From Prionailurus viverrinus (lineage: Eukaryota): a stretch of DNA of 64,000 bases. The notes under the pieces were generated by a model. It worked only from the letters and a program-made list of their open reading frames with translations. It ran no database searches and was not told the DNA's origin. The DNA is taken from contig NC_062576.1 of NCBI RefSeq assembly GCF_022837055.1, positions 18,222,144 through 18,286,143 on the forward strand. Reading direction: 5' to 3'. Made by a program: the position numbers and the translations under genes. Of the stretch, positions 48,415 through 60,630 are shown one piece after another (positions within the stretch are counted from its first letter, which is position 1; each line of letters starts with the position of its first letter).

Positions 48415-49030
48415 CTTATTTTAATTATTTTAGAGAGAGAGAGAAAGCGCACGTGAGCTAGGGAAAGGGGCAGGAGAGAGAGTGAAGCTTAAGCAGACTC
48501 CATGCTCGGCGCAGACCCTGAACGCAGGGCTCGATCCCATGACCCTGGGATCATGACCTGAGCCGAAATCAAGAGTCAGATGCTCAACTGACTGAGCCAC
48601 CCAGGCGTCCAAATAGTAACCCTTACTTAAAAAAAATTTGGGGGGCGGGGGGGACGCCTGGGTGGCTCAGTCAGTTAAGCATCTGATTCTTGATCTCAGA
48701 TCAGGTCTCGATCTCAGGGTTGTGACTTCAAGCCTCACATTTGGGCTCCATGCTGGATGTGAAGCCTACTTAAAATAATAACAAAAAATTAAAAAATAAA
48801 AAAACTGGGGGGGGGGGCACGTGGGTGGCTCAGTTGGTGGGGTATCTACTCTTGATCTTGGCTCAGGTCAAGATCTCACAGTTCATGGGATCAAGCCCCA
48901 CATCGGGCTCTACACTGACAGTGCGGAGCTTGCTTACGATTCTCTCTCTCTCCATCTCTCTCTTTGCCCCTCTCCTGCTTGCATGCTCTCTCTCTCTCTC
49001 TCTCAAAATAAATAAACATTTTTTAAAAAT
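48415..49030. mobile_element. Three SINEs (about 48415-48610 antisense; 48648-48800 + short type; 48815-49030 +)
   Basis: ...CTGACTGAGCCACCCAGGCGTCC (antisense); GGGGGACGCCTGGGTGGCTCAGTCAGTTAAGCATCTGATTCTTGATCTCAG...; GGGGGGCACGTGGGTGGCTCAGTTGGTGGGGTATC... Confidence 0.8.
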
Positions 49031-49699
49031 TAAAAAAAAATTTGTGAGAATGCTTAAGATCTACTCTCTTAGCAAACTGCAATCATACAGTACAGTATTA
49101 TCAACTATAGTTACCATGCTACACAGTGGAATGTCTGTACCCTTTTACCAACTTTCCTCATTTCCTATACTTCCCAATTCCTGGTGACTACCATTCTACT
49201 CGGTTTCTACGTGTTCAACTTTTTTTTTTAAGAAATACTTTTTTTTTTTTTTTAAGTAATCTTTACCCTGAAGGTTGGGCTCAGATGCACGACCCTGAGA
49301 TCTAGAGTCACATGCTCTACAGACTGAGTCAGCCAGGAGCCCCTATGTTCAACTTTTTGATTTTAGATTCCACACATAAGTGACACCATGTAGTATCAGT
49401 TTTGCTTCTAAGCCTTGGAACTGCCTAGATGATGCCCACCCAGCTTACCCAGGATCATCACTTAAAGTCAAATGATTGTAGATGGTAACCACACCTACTA
49501 AGCCTCTTCACAGCAACACCTAGACTGCTTTTGACTTAACACTCTACTACAGCCTAGCCAAACTGACACAAACTACCTGTTGCACCTGAGAAAACCTAGG
49601 AGGGCTGGGGTGGGGAATCAGGACAATGGCAGGGAATGAAGGAGTTTGCTGACCAAAGTCAGATAAAAAGATTACTGAGGAATGCTGGGAACTTAGCTA

Positions 49700-49860
49700 A
49701 TAGCTATTAGAGGTCACAGTGGGGTTGACAGAGTATTGCACAGGGACTTGGGAAACCTAAGTCCTACCTCCCCTTGGCTACATGGCCTCAGTCAAATCTC
49801 TTAACCTCTCTGGGTTTCAGTTACCCATTTGTAAAAGGAGTTTCTCTGGGTCACACGCTC
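49700..49860 (+). mobile_element. MIR (mammalian-wide interspersed repeat) fragment
   Basis: ...CCTCAGTCAAATCTCTTAACCTCTCTGGGTTTCAGTTACCCATTTGTAAAAGGAG... matches the MIR core (GGGCAAGTTACTTAACCTCTCTGTGCCTCAGTTTCCTCATCTGTAAAATGGGG). Confidence 0.7.
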
Positions 49861-51499
49861 TGTATGACCTATCCAGCTCACACATGCTAGAAATCTAACA
49901 ATTTACTGTTACATGAAAATAACTGGCCTCACTGTGTGGTGGTTGAATGTTAAATAGGGATAACGGAGATATGTGTAGGAAGGAGGTCCCAGGCACATAG
50001 CCTGAGGTGGCCTGGAATGGGGGCACGTCTGAGGCCTTTCCAAGTAGGGAATACTCTGGAACATGCCTGGAATGAAGGGCCCAAAGGCCCACAAACTACA
50101 AAGAGAACCCATAGCTCCTCTGATGGCAACTGGAGATGAAAGGCGATCTCTCAAAAAGAAGAGCCCACCCCCGGCTAGGGGCGCCTGGCTGGCTCTGTTG
50201 GTACAGCACTGGATTCCTGAACTTGGGGTTGTAAATTTCAGCCCCATGTTAGGTATAAAGGTCAGGAAGAAGAAAAAAAAAAAAGGACCCTTCCCACCCT
50301 ACCCTGACCCTCCCTACAGGAGGTCACCAAATTAACTGGGTGATATGACTGCTTCCCAGTTTGGACCATCATGGACCCCCCAGTGGCTGGTACTGAGTCC
50401 TCAAGCTCCCACTGCAGAGTGGAGCGATGAAAGAGCCATTTTAAGGAAACGCAGGGCCAGGCCTCTTGAGCAGTCCCAAGAATAGAGAAGCCCCAATATG
50501 CACAAGCTGATGCAGTCACCCAGGAGACAGCTAAGGTCAAATCCCTAAACAATCCCCACCCACAAAACAACCCAACTATCCAAGAAAGAGAAGACTCCCC
50601 TTGGACTACAGTTCGTGGGTTTCAAGAAAGTTTTGAGCCCAATAAATTCAAGTCCAGCCAATGACACAATGTGATCCTTGGCGCTGTCACATGTAACGTG
50701 ATGGGGAAGGAGAGCAAATATAGATCGATTACTAACACAGCACATATGAGAGAACGTTTAAGGATCACTTCTGGTAGAAAGTCTATATTAGCAGTCATAC
50801 ATGTTTTGGGGTGTGGTTATTTCAAGCAAAATAGTACAGAGAGACGAAAAATGGAAGAGGGACTTACATTTATTTTGCATCCATTGTGACTTCAGGCACT
50901 CTGCAAAAAGTACTTCATTTATTTATGACAACAATCCTATCGGAAGGTAGTAAGCATGGTCTCATTTTTCAGATGAAGTCACCAAGACAGAAATCAGTTA
51001 CGTCTGTAGGTGGCTTAAGAGTTACAACAGCAGATGTCCAAGGCGTGTTGTGTCTCCTCCCCCTCCATCCTTAACCCCCTGCTTATTCCCCAGCAGGTGA
51101 TAACCAAGCAAACCCAAACAAAAGCATGTTTGGTTTTTTCTCTGCTTCGGTTTGCCATTAAAGGAAACTCACCCAGAAACCCTCCAAATCTTGGTGGAGC
51201 AAATGAAAGTGAGATTTCTTGGAGTCAGTACAAAGTAGAGCTCTGGAAAATTACATGGCTTCATTCAGTCATATTACAAATATTCATTAGGTGCCTATGT
51301 GTCAAGCACTCTGCTAAATGCTGTTACTTGTCCAAAGTCACGAACATAACATAGAGCAGAGTTAGGATCGAACCCAGGTCTTTCTGACATTGAAATGTGG
51401 GCATTTTCCACATGTCTGATTTTCAAACGTCTTAGAAACAAAGTCTTGGACAAGATTTTCCAGTCTGAAGATCCTACAGTTGGAAAACCATGCCATGAT

Positions 51500-51712
51500 G
51501 GGGCGTCTGGGTGGTTCAGTTGGTTGAACTTCCGACTTCGGCTCAGGTCATGATCTCACGGATCGTGAGTTCAGGACCCGAGTTGGGCTCTGCGCTGACA
51601 GCTCAGAGCCTGCAGCCTGCTTCAGATTCTGTTTCTCCCTCTCTCTCTGCTCCTACCCATCTCGTGCTCTGTCTCTGTCTCTCTCAAAAATAAATTAACA
51701 TAAAAAAAAGAA
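51500..51712 (+). mobile_element. CAN-SINE
   Basis: GGGGCGTCTGGGTGGTTCAGTTGGTTGAACTTCCGACTTCGGCTCAGGTCATGATCTCACGGATCGTGAGTTCAGGACCCG...CTCTCAAAAATAAATTAACATAAAAAAAA. Confidence 0.9.
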
Positions 51713-52104
51713 AGAAAACCATGCCATGCTTCTGCACATGAGTTCTGACAAATATATATGCCTGTGGAACCCAAACTCCTCCATCAAGATACCATCATCA
51801 AGATGTCACCATCACCACCCAAAATATTCCTTCTGGGCCTTTCCCAGTCACTTCTTGCCCTCAACTCCCAAAAGGCAATCACTCTTCTGACTTTTTCACC
51901 ACAGCCTAGTTTAGCCTGTTCTGCATTCAAACTGTTGTTATATATTAGACAACATGGAGCACTTGGAAAACTTCACTGTACGCCCCTGAGAGAATGAGTG
52001 AAAAGGCAAATAACATCTTTGGTATCATGAAAATTGCTTTAACTCTGTAGAGGCCAGGGGTCCCCAGACTACATTTTGAGAATCCTTGCTCTAGGGATTA
52101 CAAG

Positions 52105-52107
52105 ATC

Positions 52108-52138
<31 letters not shown>

Positions 52139-52142
52139 GCAC
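52105..52142. repeat. (TTTA)n microsatellite
   Basis: TTTATTTATTTATTTATTTATTTATTTATTTAGC; a similar (TTTA)n occurs at 18150-18178. Confidence 0.9.
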
Positions 52143-52290
52143 GCGTGTGCACTAGGGAGAAGGGCAGAGGGACAGACAGAACCTTAAGCAGGCTCCATGC
52201 TTAGCGCCTAGCCTGAAGCAGGGCTCGTTCCCACGAACCTGGGATCATGAGCTGGGCTGAACTCAAGAGTCTGAGCAGCCAGGTGCCCTA
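52115..52290 (-). mobile_element. SINE, antisense (preceded by (TTTA)n)
   Basis: ...CAGGCTCCATGCTTAGCGCCTAGCCTGAAGCAGGGCTCGTTCCCACGAACCTGGGATCATGAGCTGGGCTGAACTCAAGAGTCTGAGCAGCCAGGTGCCC. Confidence 0.75.
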
Positions 52291-53494
52291 TGCTGTAAAT
52301 GTGAATGTGCCACTCCGTTTTGTCTTCTCTAGGCGTCCTCTGCAGTGAGCAGGTCACGCTTGCCTATGCACAGCAGCCCTTCAGAGCCCACCTCCGTGCC
52401 TTCAGTAAAGGACCTGCGGTTCCTTTTAGGAACCTCCCCCCACCCCCCCAACCCCCATAGCTCTTATACAGAGTCTATGACGTGAAGGAAAAGGATGTCC
52501 ACCTGGCAGACTGGCAAGGCTTCCTGGCCACCCGTGTGCTCTGTTATCTCTCCCAGGAGTCCTTCCCCACCTGGCCCCCCAGATCTGGTCTTTTCCAGCG
52601 CCAATTCCCTTCTTCATCACTGCTGCTGTGTCTCTCACCCCAGATGATCCTCATTTACATCTTCCCAGGCTTAAAGGACAGAACCGTCTTCCTCGCTAAC
52701 TAGTCTCCTTCCTGTTGTTATGGCGTAAACTCATGACTTTCCTCTGTTCTGCTTTGCTTCCCAAGGGTCTCATCTGGAAATTAAAAAAAAAAAAAAAAAA
52801 AAAATCCACTGCTTCTTTCTCTTCACCTGTCAGGTATTTCAGAACCTAATTTCCACCAGGCAAATGCACATCCTTAAAATCCTAGGAGGCAGATTCAACC
52901 ATTAATCCCTTTTACCACCTCAGGAAATGGAGGCACAGAGAGGCTAAACCCCTACCCTGGATGGTCTGATACAAAGCCCTGTCCCTAAGCTATTTATTCA
53001 ACCTAGGAAGTCCTGACTCCCTGACCTATGCTCTTTGCAACTACTTCCGGCAGGTATCTTACCAAATTTCTGGGGACTGGCAACAAATGTGAAAACCTGA
53101 AGAGCCTTTTCTGAAGTGTGGGGGGAGACCAAACTGCCAATGGTGTAAGTCCATAGTTTCCCAAGGGTAGTCTAGGAGATTCTGAAAGTGTCTCGGCAGA
53201 GGTTGGGGGGGGGGGGGGGAGGGAGGGAGTGTTCACAAGGCCAAAACCATTTTCATAATAAAACTAAGATGCCATTTGACTTTTCTCCTTGCATCCTTAC
53301 AGTTCTCAAGAAGCTATATGATGTACTGATATCACAACATATGGAATGCAGAAGCAGGTATGAGAATACAGCTATTTTCTCTTCAGCCAGACATATTTGT
53401 AAACAACAACAACAACAAAAAAACAAAAACGTAAAACAATGCCACTCTTCTCACTATTGTTTTGCTTTGGAAAAAATTTCCAAATTTATTTTTG

Positions 53495-54635
53495 GGGCGC
53501 ACTTGGGTGGCTCAGTTGGTTAAGCATCCGACTCTCGGTTTCGGCTCAGGTCATGATCTCATAGTTCATGAGTTCAAGCCCTGTGAGCAGAGCCTGCTTA
53601 GGACTCTCTCTCTGCTCCTCCCCACTCACTCACTCTCAAAATAAATAAACTTTAAATGGTAAATCTTATGGACATTTAAAAACTATCTTTAAAAGTAAAA
53701 TGTTATTTATATTCTGTGTAATAGGTTTGTTATTGTAATTTTGGGGGAAGATTTTTAAATGGAGGTACAATTCACTTATCATTTTTAAGTGTATACTTCA
53801 GTGGTTTTTAGTATATTCACCATGCTGTACAACTATCACACTAATTCTAGAACATTTCTATCACCCAGAAAGAAACTCTATACCTAACTAATAGCAATAA
53901 TCCTAATTCACCAACACTTCACCAACTTCTGATCTACTGTCTCTATGGATTTGTTACTGCAATTTTTAAGTGCATTAATAAACATTTAAAATTTGTTTTC
54001 TTTTTTGTAAAGTTTATTTATTTTGAGAGAGAGAGCAAGAGGGGTAAGGGCAGAGAGAGAGAGAGAGAGAGGTGGGAGGGGAGTGAGAGAATCCCAAGCA
54101 GGCTCCACACTGTTAGCACCCATTCCGGGCTCAAACTCACTAACCCTGAGATCCTGACATGAGCTGAAACCAAGAGTTGGGAGTTTAACCACCAGAGCAG
54201 AGCCACCCAGGCACCCGTTTTAATTTCTAATACAATAAGTATGAAGACACAACCCATATAAACAAAAGATCTCTTGGGCCTCAATTTTTTAAAACATTTT
54301 TAAATTATTTTAAAATTATTTTTACATTTATTCATGTTTGAAAGACAGAGAGAGACAGAGCACAAGCAGGGGTGGGGCGGAGAGAGAGGGGAACACAAAA
54401 TCTGAAGCAGGCTCCAGGCTCTGAGCTGTCACTACAGAGCCCGATGTGGGGCTGGAATTCAGGAACCGTGAGAGCGTGACCTGAGCGGAAGTCAGACGCT
54501 CAACCGACTGAGCCACCCAGGCGTCCCTTAAATTAACTTTTAAGTAATCGCTACACCCACCCTGGGGCTGTTATTTACAACTCCAAGATCAAGAGTCGCA
54601 GCCTGTACCTACCTACAGAGCCAGCCAGGTGTCCC
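53495..54635. mobile_element. Four SINEs (about 53495-53655 +; 54010-54215 -; 54320-54530 -; 54535-54635 - short type)
   Basis: Canonical heads (+) or reverse-complement structures ending ...GAGCCACCCAGGCACCC / ...GAGCCACCCAGGCGTCCC (-). Confidence 0.8.
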
Positions 54636-55640
54636 TGAGGCCTCATTTTTTTTTTTTAACAATGTAAAGGATTCCAATGCCAAAAAATTTGAGAACCGCT
54701 GGTCTAACACTTGTTTTGTTTAATAGTCTAGACATGTCTGACCCAGGGCTCTATCAGGAGCTCAGAGATGGGACATTCATCCCTGGTTAAGCTTCCAGAA
54801 GGGACAGGGACTTCACAGATGGCTGAACCCCTAGGACACTGGGACCGTGGATGAAGCTAAGTAACAGACTGAACATGCCTTTAAGGCTCACTCCGATATA
54901 TTGAGTTACAAAGCAAGGAACATCCGAGACCAGCCCCCCTCCGCTGGTCATAAGAGGACACATGTCACCTGGTATCTGCATGGTGATGTGGGCTTAGCAA
55001 GAGGGGGAGTGTAACGCGACTGTCTACAAACCAGACAGCGCAGGTCAGACCTACAGAAGTGACCAGACGGTAAAGTACCGTGAACTGGCACTGAGTTCCA
55101 GTCCGAGAACCCACAAACCCACGAACCCACGGAGCGCGAAACAAGCTGAAGAAACTGCTGAAAGTGAAACTCGCTTTGAATAACCCGTTTACACGCACGT
55201 CTCCCTTTTTCATATAATCACCTCTTCTGCCACTAAAACAGCTAAAATTGTATTCAATTCAGGGAAATCTGGGAGTAAAATCGATTAAGAAGTCTTCGAT
55301 CACTCGCATGATTAGTACCAAAATTCGTGGTTGAGGGGGAAACACGAGGCGAAAAGTCTGGACTTACGCAAATCTACGACTCGAAATCCGAAAGCCAGAA
55401 GGTACAGAGAGTCCAGTGCCCAGTGGCGCTCAGCGGCTCCTCCGACCGCCACCGCCGCCCAAGCCTCGGGCGCCAGAGTTCAAGCCACGACGAGCGCCGG
55501 GGCGTCCACGGCCGGGTGGCCATCCTGCGCGCATGCGTCCTCCGCCAGGGGAAACTTTTTCTTGCAGGACCCTGAGGCGAGCCCTAGAGGGCGGGATGGT
55601 TGCGAACCAAAGCAGGGGCTTCCGGTAGCGAGTAGCCGTG

Positions 55641-55685
55641 ATTGGTGGAGGCCAGGACGGGGGGCGGGGCACCGGGAAATTCGAA
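55641..55685 (+). promoter_or_regulatory. KIF22: Inverted CCAAT box (ATTGG, 55641-55645), Sp1 GC box and CHR-like TTCGAA (55680-55685) in the KIF22 core promoter
   Basis: GTGATTGGTGG ... GGGGCGGGG ... GGGAAATTCGAATGG lie 30-75 bp upstream of the ATG. CCAAT boxes followed by a CHR (TTYGAA) are the signature of late cell-cycle (DREAM/MMB-FOXM1) promoters, of which KIF22 is a known member. An NRF1-like GCGCATGCG motif is at 55527-55536. Confidence 0.45.
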
Positions 55686-55715
55686 TGGGAGAGGCGGGCC
55701 AACGGAGGGAGCGGA

Positions 55716-55773
55716 ATGGACGCGGGGGGTACCGCGCAGCTGAGGCGACGCGAGATGGCGGCGGCGATCTCAG
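55716..55773 (+). CDS. KIF22: KIF22 (kinesin family member 22, Kid) coding exon 1: [19 protein letters not shown] plus 1 nt; donor GTACGC at 55774
   Basis: ATG in a good Kozak context (GGAATGG) inside a CpG island. The sequence matches the human KIF22 N-terminus ([24 protein letters not shown] from memory). The frame continues into exon 2 at 62311. Confidence 0.8.
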
Positions 55774-56539
55774 GTACGCGAGCCCGGCCTGGGCAGGACG
55801 CCGAAGTCTGGAACCTGGTGGAGTAATGTGCCGGAGCCTGGTCCGGGTTCTGCGGGTTGTCGGGGAGAGGCCGAAATGGCGCGGGGGCGGGGAGGGGAGG
55901 GGAAGGTGGGAGTCTCGAGCTGGTCAGCGCACCTCGCTCTTCCCGTCTCACTTGTTTCCAGCCCTCCGTGCGGGTCAATTGACCGTGTTAAAACACCCAG
56001 TTCCGATATAGAGCTTTGTTTGAGCCTAGCGCACTTTTCCTCTGTGAGCTTCCAGTTTCTTTGTAGAATGGGGACAGTTACCCCATCTCGGGAGATTATA
56101 TGAGTAAGCGAGCGAAGAGTAGCTGACACTGACCCGTAGGGACCAGACGAAAGGAGCTGGATGCGCATTTTGCGAGGGGAGGGTTCTGTGTATGACGTGC
56201 TGTTCGGGTGAGCGGAGATCCCTGGGAGACGCTGGAGGGCAGGCCGAGGCACAGCAGCTGGGTGTGAGTTGACAGTATAAGATGTGCCCAGATCACAAAT
56301 AGGGGGAATAAGGGACTGTTTCCTTTCGCTCTAGCCGTGGAAGTCAGTGCTATTTTAGGGTTGGAAAGGCTGTTGGGACATTACGAATCTTGTATGTTGT
56401 GAGTGTTTGTTTACAGATGTCTCTGCTCTCTTCCTGTCCCCTGAATTCTGGTCATTGATTATGGTAGATGCCATAGTAATTGATTTGAGTCCCCTGCTGT
56501 TGGTCAGGCCCCGTGGAGAAACAAAGTTGTCTAGCAGAA

Positions 56540-56800
56540 TGTCAAACACATGTTGAGCCCTTGCTAGGTGCCAGGCACAGTTGTAAGCACTTTGTGGTGA
56601 TGAATCGTTTAATTGCTACACAATGCTATGAGGTGGTTGGTTGTTATTGTCCCTGTTTTACAGATGAGGAAACTGAGGCATAGATGGGTTAAATAGCTTG
56701 CTCAAAGTTAACACAACTAGTGAATATTGGGGTCTGAATTCTCACTCAGGCAGTCCTACTCTAGGGCCTCTGCTCTTAACCATTATGCCCAAGCACATGA
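56540..56800 (-). mobile_element. MIR element in KIF22 intron 1
   Basis: ...GCTAGGTGCCAGGCACAGTTGTAAGCACTTTG...TTTTACAGATGAGGAAACTGAGGCATAGATGGGTTAAATAGCTTGCTCAAAGTTAACACAACTAGTGAATATTGGGGTCTGAATTCTCACTCAGGCAGTCC... is the reverse complement of the MIR consensus. Confidence 0.8.
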
Positions 56801-57081
56801 TACTCCTGCTTTCGGAGCACAGCCTCCCTCCCCTCACTTTTCTGACACCCACTGTGCCTGGTACATAGTAGATATGGTTAAAATGCTTGAATGAATATTG
56901 ACCCTTCTCCCAGACAAGTTTATAATCTGTTTCAGTGGATAATCGTATAAATATATGCTATCATGAAAAGCAATGAGAGATATGTATAAACTGCGATAGA
57001 GAGTGTAAAATCTGAAGTAAGTAAACCCTTGGATATTCTGGGAGGACCTAATTAACGGAAGTGATATTTGAAGTGGGTTTC

Positions 57082-57313
57082 TTTTTTTTTTTTTTTTTTA
57101 ATTTTTTTTTCAACGTTTATTTATTTTTGGGACAGAGAGAGACAGAGCATGAACGGGGGAGGGGCAGAGAGAGAGGGAGACACAGAATCGGAAACAGGCT
57201 CCAGGCTCTGAGCCATCAGCCTAGAGCCTGACGCGGGGCTCGAACTCACGGACCGCGAGATCGTGACCTGGCTGAAGTCGGACGCTTAACCGACTGCGCC
57301 ACCCAGGCGCCCC
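57082..57313 (-). mobile_element. Young antisense CAN-SINE in KIF22 intron 1 with a 12-13 bp TSD (GAAGTGGGTTTC at 57070-57081 and 57315-57326)
   Basis: Poly-T start and a CpG-intact body (...CGCGAGATCGTGACCTGGCTGAAGTCGGACGCTTAACCGACTGCGCCACCCAGGCGCCCC) flanked by identical direct repeats. Confidence 0.9.
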
Positions 57314-58859
57314 TGAAGTGGGTTTCAAGGGTCGGATAGGAGTTTATCAGGCCTCAGCTGGATGAAAAGACCACCGAGTGATTTATTTATGATGTATAAA
57401 GAGGCCAATGATGCTGTCTTTGGCTCAATTTCCTCATCAATAAAAGAGGAGTTAAACCAAATGAAGTTGGGGAATTGTGAGAGGGAGGAAATTAGAAGAA
57501 GTAAGTGCTAGCCTTGCCCAACCCTTAAAGTTGCTTTTATGACGAAAGGGATAGACTCTTGTACTATAAGCACTTGTATACATGTGCCTCTCCTTTCCTT
57601 CTCCCTTGGGCTGTGAGCTTTGGGACAGGAATAGCAGGGAGCCATTTTTATGAAGAAAACAAGAAACAAGACAATGCTTTATGTTCATTCACCAAAACTT
57701 AATTTGTTCAGCAAATATTCCTGAGAACTACTCTGTGCCAGGCACTGGGGATATAAAGGTGACCAGAGTAAGACTTGTTGTCACCGAGTTCACAGTCAGA
57801 TGGAGCACAGAGACACATCTACAGTTACAGTGGGATGTCATGAGTGCTTGGATGGAGGAGCCAGAGAGCCATGGACACAACTTCATGGGAGAGTAATTTT
57901 ACAAAAGAGGGTTTTTTAGAGGAAGTAAGGTGTATTTACCTCAGTCACATGGCGAGTGGTGGTGAGAAGGAAGATACTTCGGGGAGAGAGGATAGCATGT
58001 GCAAAGGCCCAGAGGTGTGAGAGAACTGGGCATGTTGTAGGAACTGTAGGAAGGTCATTGTGGCTGAGAGCTTATAGTGCAAGGGAGGAAGTGGGAAGAG
58101 AGCGACTGGAGGGGAGTGAAACTAGAGGAAGGGAGACCAATGTGGGAGACTGTTGAGATGATGGTTGCCTTTGCGAAGATTGTGCAGTGGGGTAGAGAGA
58201 AGTGGACTCCTCTAAAAAGGCAGAATTGACAGATACTGAATAACTGATGTAGAAGGTGAGAAAGAAGCTGGAGTTAAGGAAGACTCCCGTCTTTGGGGTT
58301 GGTTCCATTCATTTACACTAGAGAGCATAGGAGGAGGACCAGGTGGCAAGAGAGATGGGGAAGGGTTCAGTTTGGGATAGGTGGGGTTTGAAGTACCTTA
58401 CGACTTTAAGAGGAGGTGGGGGGGGGGGTGCAGAATGTTACTGGCATGTGTGTTTAGCATAGATGTGCTAAACACCCTATAGTGCACAGGACAGCCTCAC
58501 TACAAAGAATTATGTAGCCCAACATATTAGGGCCAAAGTTGAGTGACCTCAGGCTAGAGAAAGGATAGAAGGAGCCTGGAAAAATATTTAAGATTGGCAG
58601 AAACTTAGAAGGAGTAAGCAGAGAGCTGTTCACCTTGGCCCTCTGGCATGGAAACTAGGGGAAAATGTATTTTTCAAAGGAAGGCAGATCGAGGGTGTCC
58701 GATCCTACTGGGAAGTCAAATAGGTTGGGGACCAGGCATGTCCACTGGATTTAGCATTAGGGAGGTTATTAGTGACCCTGCTGAATGGTGAGGGCTGAAG
58801 TGAATTGCTACCTGGAGGAGTGGGTAACAAGAGTAAATAAGTAAAAGAGTGCAATAATA

Positions 58860-59640
58860 ACAATAACTAATATTTACTGAGCCCCTGATGCCACCCACTG
58901 TGCCAAACATTGTATGTACATTCTTTTTTTGACTTCTCACAATCTTATGATACTGTTATTTTATAAAGAGAAACTGAGGCTTGCAACAGTGAAGAAGGCT
59001 TCCCAAGCTCACACAGCTACTGGGTGGGTGGAACTTGTCTCTGACTCCCAGGCCCATGGGGATACAAAGATGAGCTGAGAAGGTCTGGGGACTCATACAG
59101 TGAACTTCAGAGTTAGACCTTCATTTGAAGCTCTGTCACTAGGTAGCTGTTGACCACAGGCAAGTTAGCCAACCTCTCTATACTGAGGTTTGCACATTTG
59201 GAAAATGAAAGATGAACATAAAATAAAACACCAAGGCTTTTACCAATGTACCAAATGCCATTCTGAGCACTTTGACATGAATTACCTCATTTATTCCCTT
59301 AGCAACCCAGCGAGTACATATTTATTCCCATTTTACAATTGTGGAAACTGAGGCACAGGAATAGACCATTATGTACCCGTTTCCTTGTAAGTGGCAGAGC
59401 TGGGCTTTGAACCCAGGCCATCTTACCTTGAATAACGAACCTACTTATTGTGTGCTGGTTACTGTGTTGGTATTTTACATGTTACTTCTTTTAATTCTCA
59501 TTAAGCCTCTCCGAGGCCCACCCCACCCCATTGTATAAACAAAGAAAACCAGAGCACCTGGATGTTAAGTCACTTGCCCAAGGTCACAAGCTAACAAGTG
59601 TTAGAGCTGGAATTGAAATTCAGCTCTGTCTGACCCAAGT
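58860..59640 (-). mobile_element. Three MIR copies or fragments in KIF22 intron 1 (about 58860-59060, 59225-59460, 59490-59640)
   Basis: TATTTACTGAGCCCCTGATGCCACCCACTGTGCCAAACATTG...AGAAACTGAGGCTTGCAACAGTGAAGAAGGCTTCCCAAGCTCACACAGCTACTGGGTGGG; ...ATTTTACAATTGTGGAAACTGAGGCACAGG...GTGGCAGAGCTGGGCTTTGAACCCAGGC; ...GTCACTTGCCCAAGGTCACAAGCTAACAAGTGTTAGAGCTGGAATTGAAATTCAG. Confidence 0.75.
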
Positions 59641-60344
59641 ACATCACCACAGACTTCCCCTTCCCCTTAAACTTCCTTAAATGTGTCTGTATCTGCCAAC
59701 TTTCTCTGTTCTCCCCCAAACCCTGGGAAAGATAGGCAAGGAGAAGCCCCTGCACACATTTCTGACAAGTCAGTGAACCTCTCTGCACTTTAGTGTTCTC
59801 ACCTGCATGGGTGCATCTGCAGGTTTCTCTTGTTACGGACTTTCAGGACTCCTGAGGATCGAGCGAAAACTAGATGCCCAAGTGCCTTGTAAACCATGGA
59901 ATGAGAAGGGGTATTACTGGCTTCGTTTGTCAGATAAGGGAGCAGAAGCCCGGGTTTTGTAGGCCATCCGCTTATGGGCATGCCTTATGTGTAAGATTCT
60001 CAGCAAGGGTAGTCTGCCCACCTTTTCATCTCGTTGTTCCTGTGTTGGTCACACATACCAGCCTCTTGCCTTCTCTGAGGCCTATGGCCCCGACAACCAG
60101 CTGTTACCACTAGAAAAAGGGAGAGAGTCAGAGATGCCAAGAACTTTCCCAATAGGCAATATGGCATCCTCACTGAAAGCAGATTTTTGGAGGCAAAGAG
60201 ATCCAGGTTGGAATTCTGCTGTTAGCTGTGAGGTACTGTGTGGTATCCTGCACCATAAAATAGAGAAATGCCCTCCTCATGAGATATTTTTTAGCTCATT
60301 CCGTCCTCATGAAAATAAGGAGGCTATTTGTTGTTAAATTTTTA

Positions 60345-60449
60345 TTTTTTTTAAGTAGTCTCTATACCCACTGTGGGGTGCGAACTCACCACCCCAGGAT
60401 CAAGAGTCTCATGCTCTACTGACTGAGCTAGCCAGGCACCCCAAACAGG

Positions 60450-60485
<36 letters not shown>

Positions 60486-60595
60486 TAAGCTTCCCGCCTA
60501 GTGCAAAGCCCAACATGGGGCTTGAGCTTATGACCCTAAGATCAGGGCCTGAGCTGAGATCAAGAGTCAGATGACGACGAGCCACCCAGGCGCCC
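60345..60595 (-). mobile_element. Two short-type antisense SINEs (about 60345-60445 and 60480-60595)
   Basis: ...CTCACCACCCCAGGATCAAGAGTCTCATGCTCTACTGACTGAGCTAGCCAGGCACCCC; ...GGGCCTGAGCTGAGATCAAGAGTCAGATGACGACGAGCCACCCAGGCGCCCC. Confidence 0.75.
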
Positions 60596-60630
60596 CCCTC
60601 AAAACAGGCTTTTTTAAAAAAGTTTTATCT

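Larger units (their letters stand above)
55380..56000. promoter_or_regulatory. KIF22: CpG-island promoter of KIF22
   Basis: Very high CpG density and GC boxes (GGGGCGGGG at 55661-55669) surround the KIF22 start codon. Long GC-driven ORFs occur on both strands. Confidence 0.75.

Noticed and set aside
55331-56252. Long ORFs on both strands (55331..56011 +, 55430..55978 -, 55770..56252 -) over the KIF22 5' region
   Set aside because: They lie in a CpG island where stop codons are rare. They encode low-complexity Arg/Gly/Pro-rich strings with no recognisable domain. They overlap the real KIF22 exon 1 in other frames.
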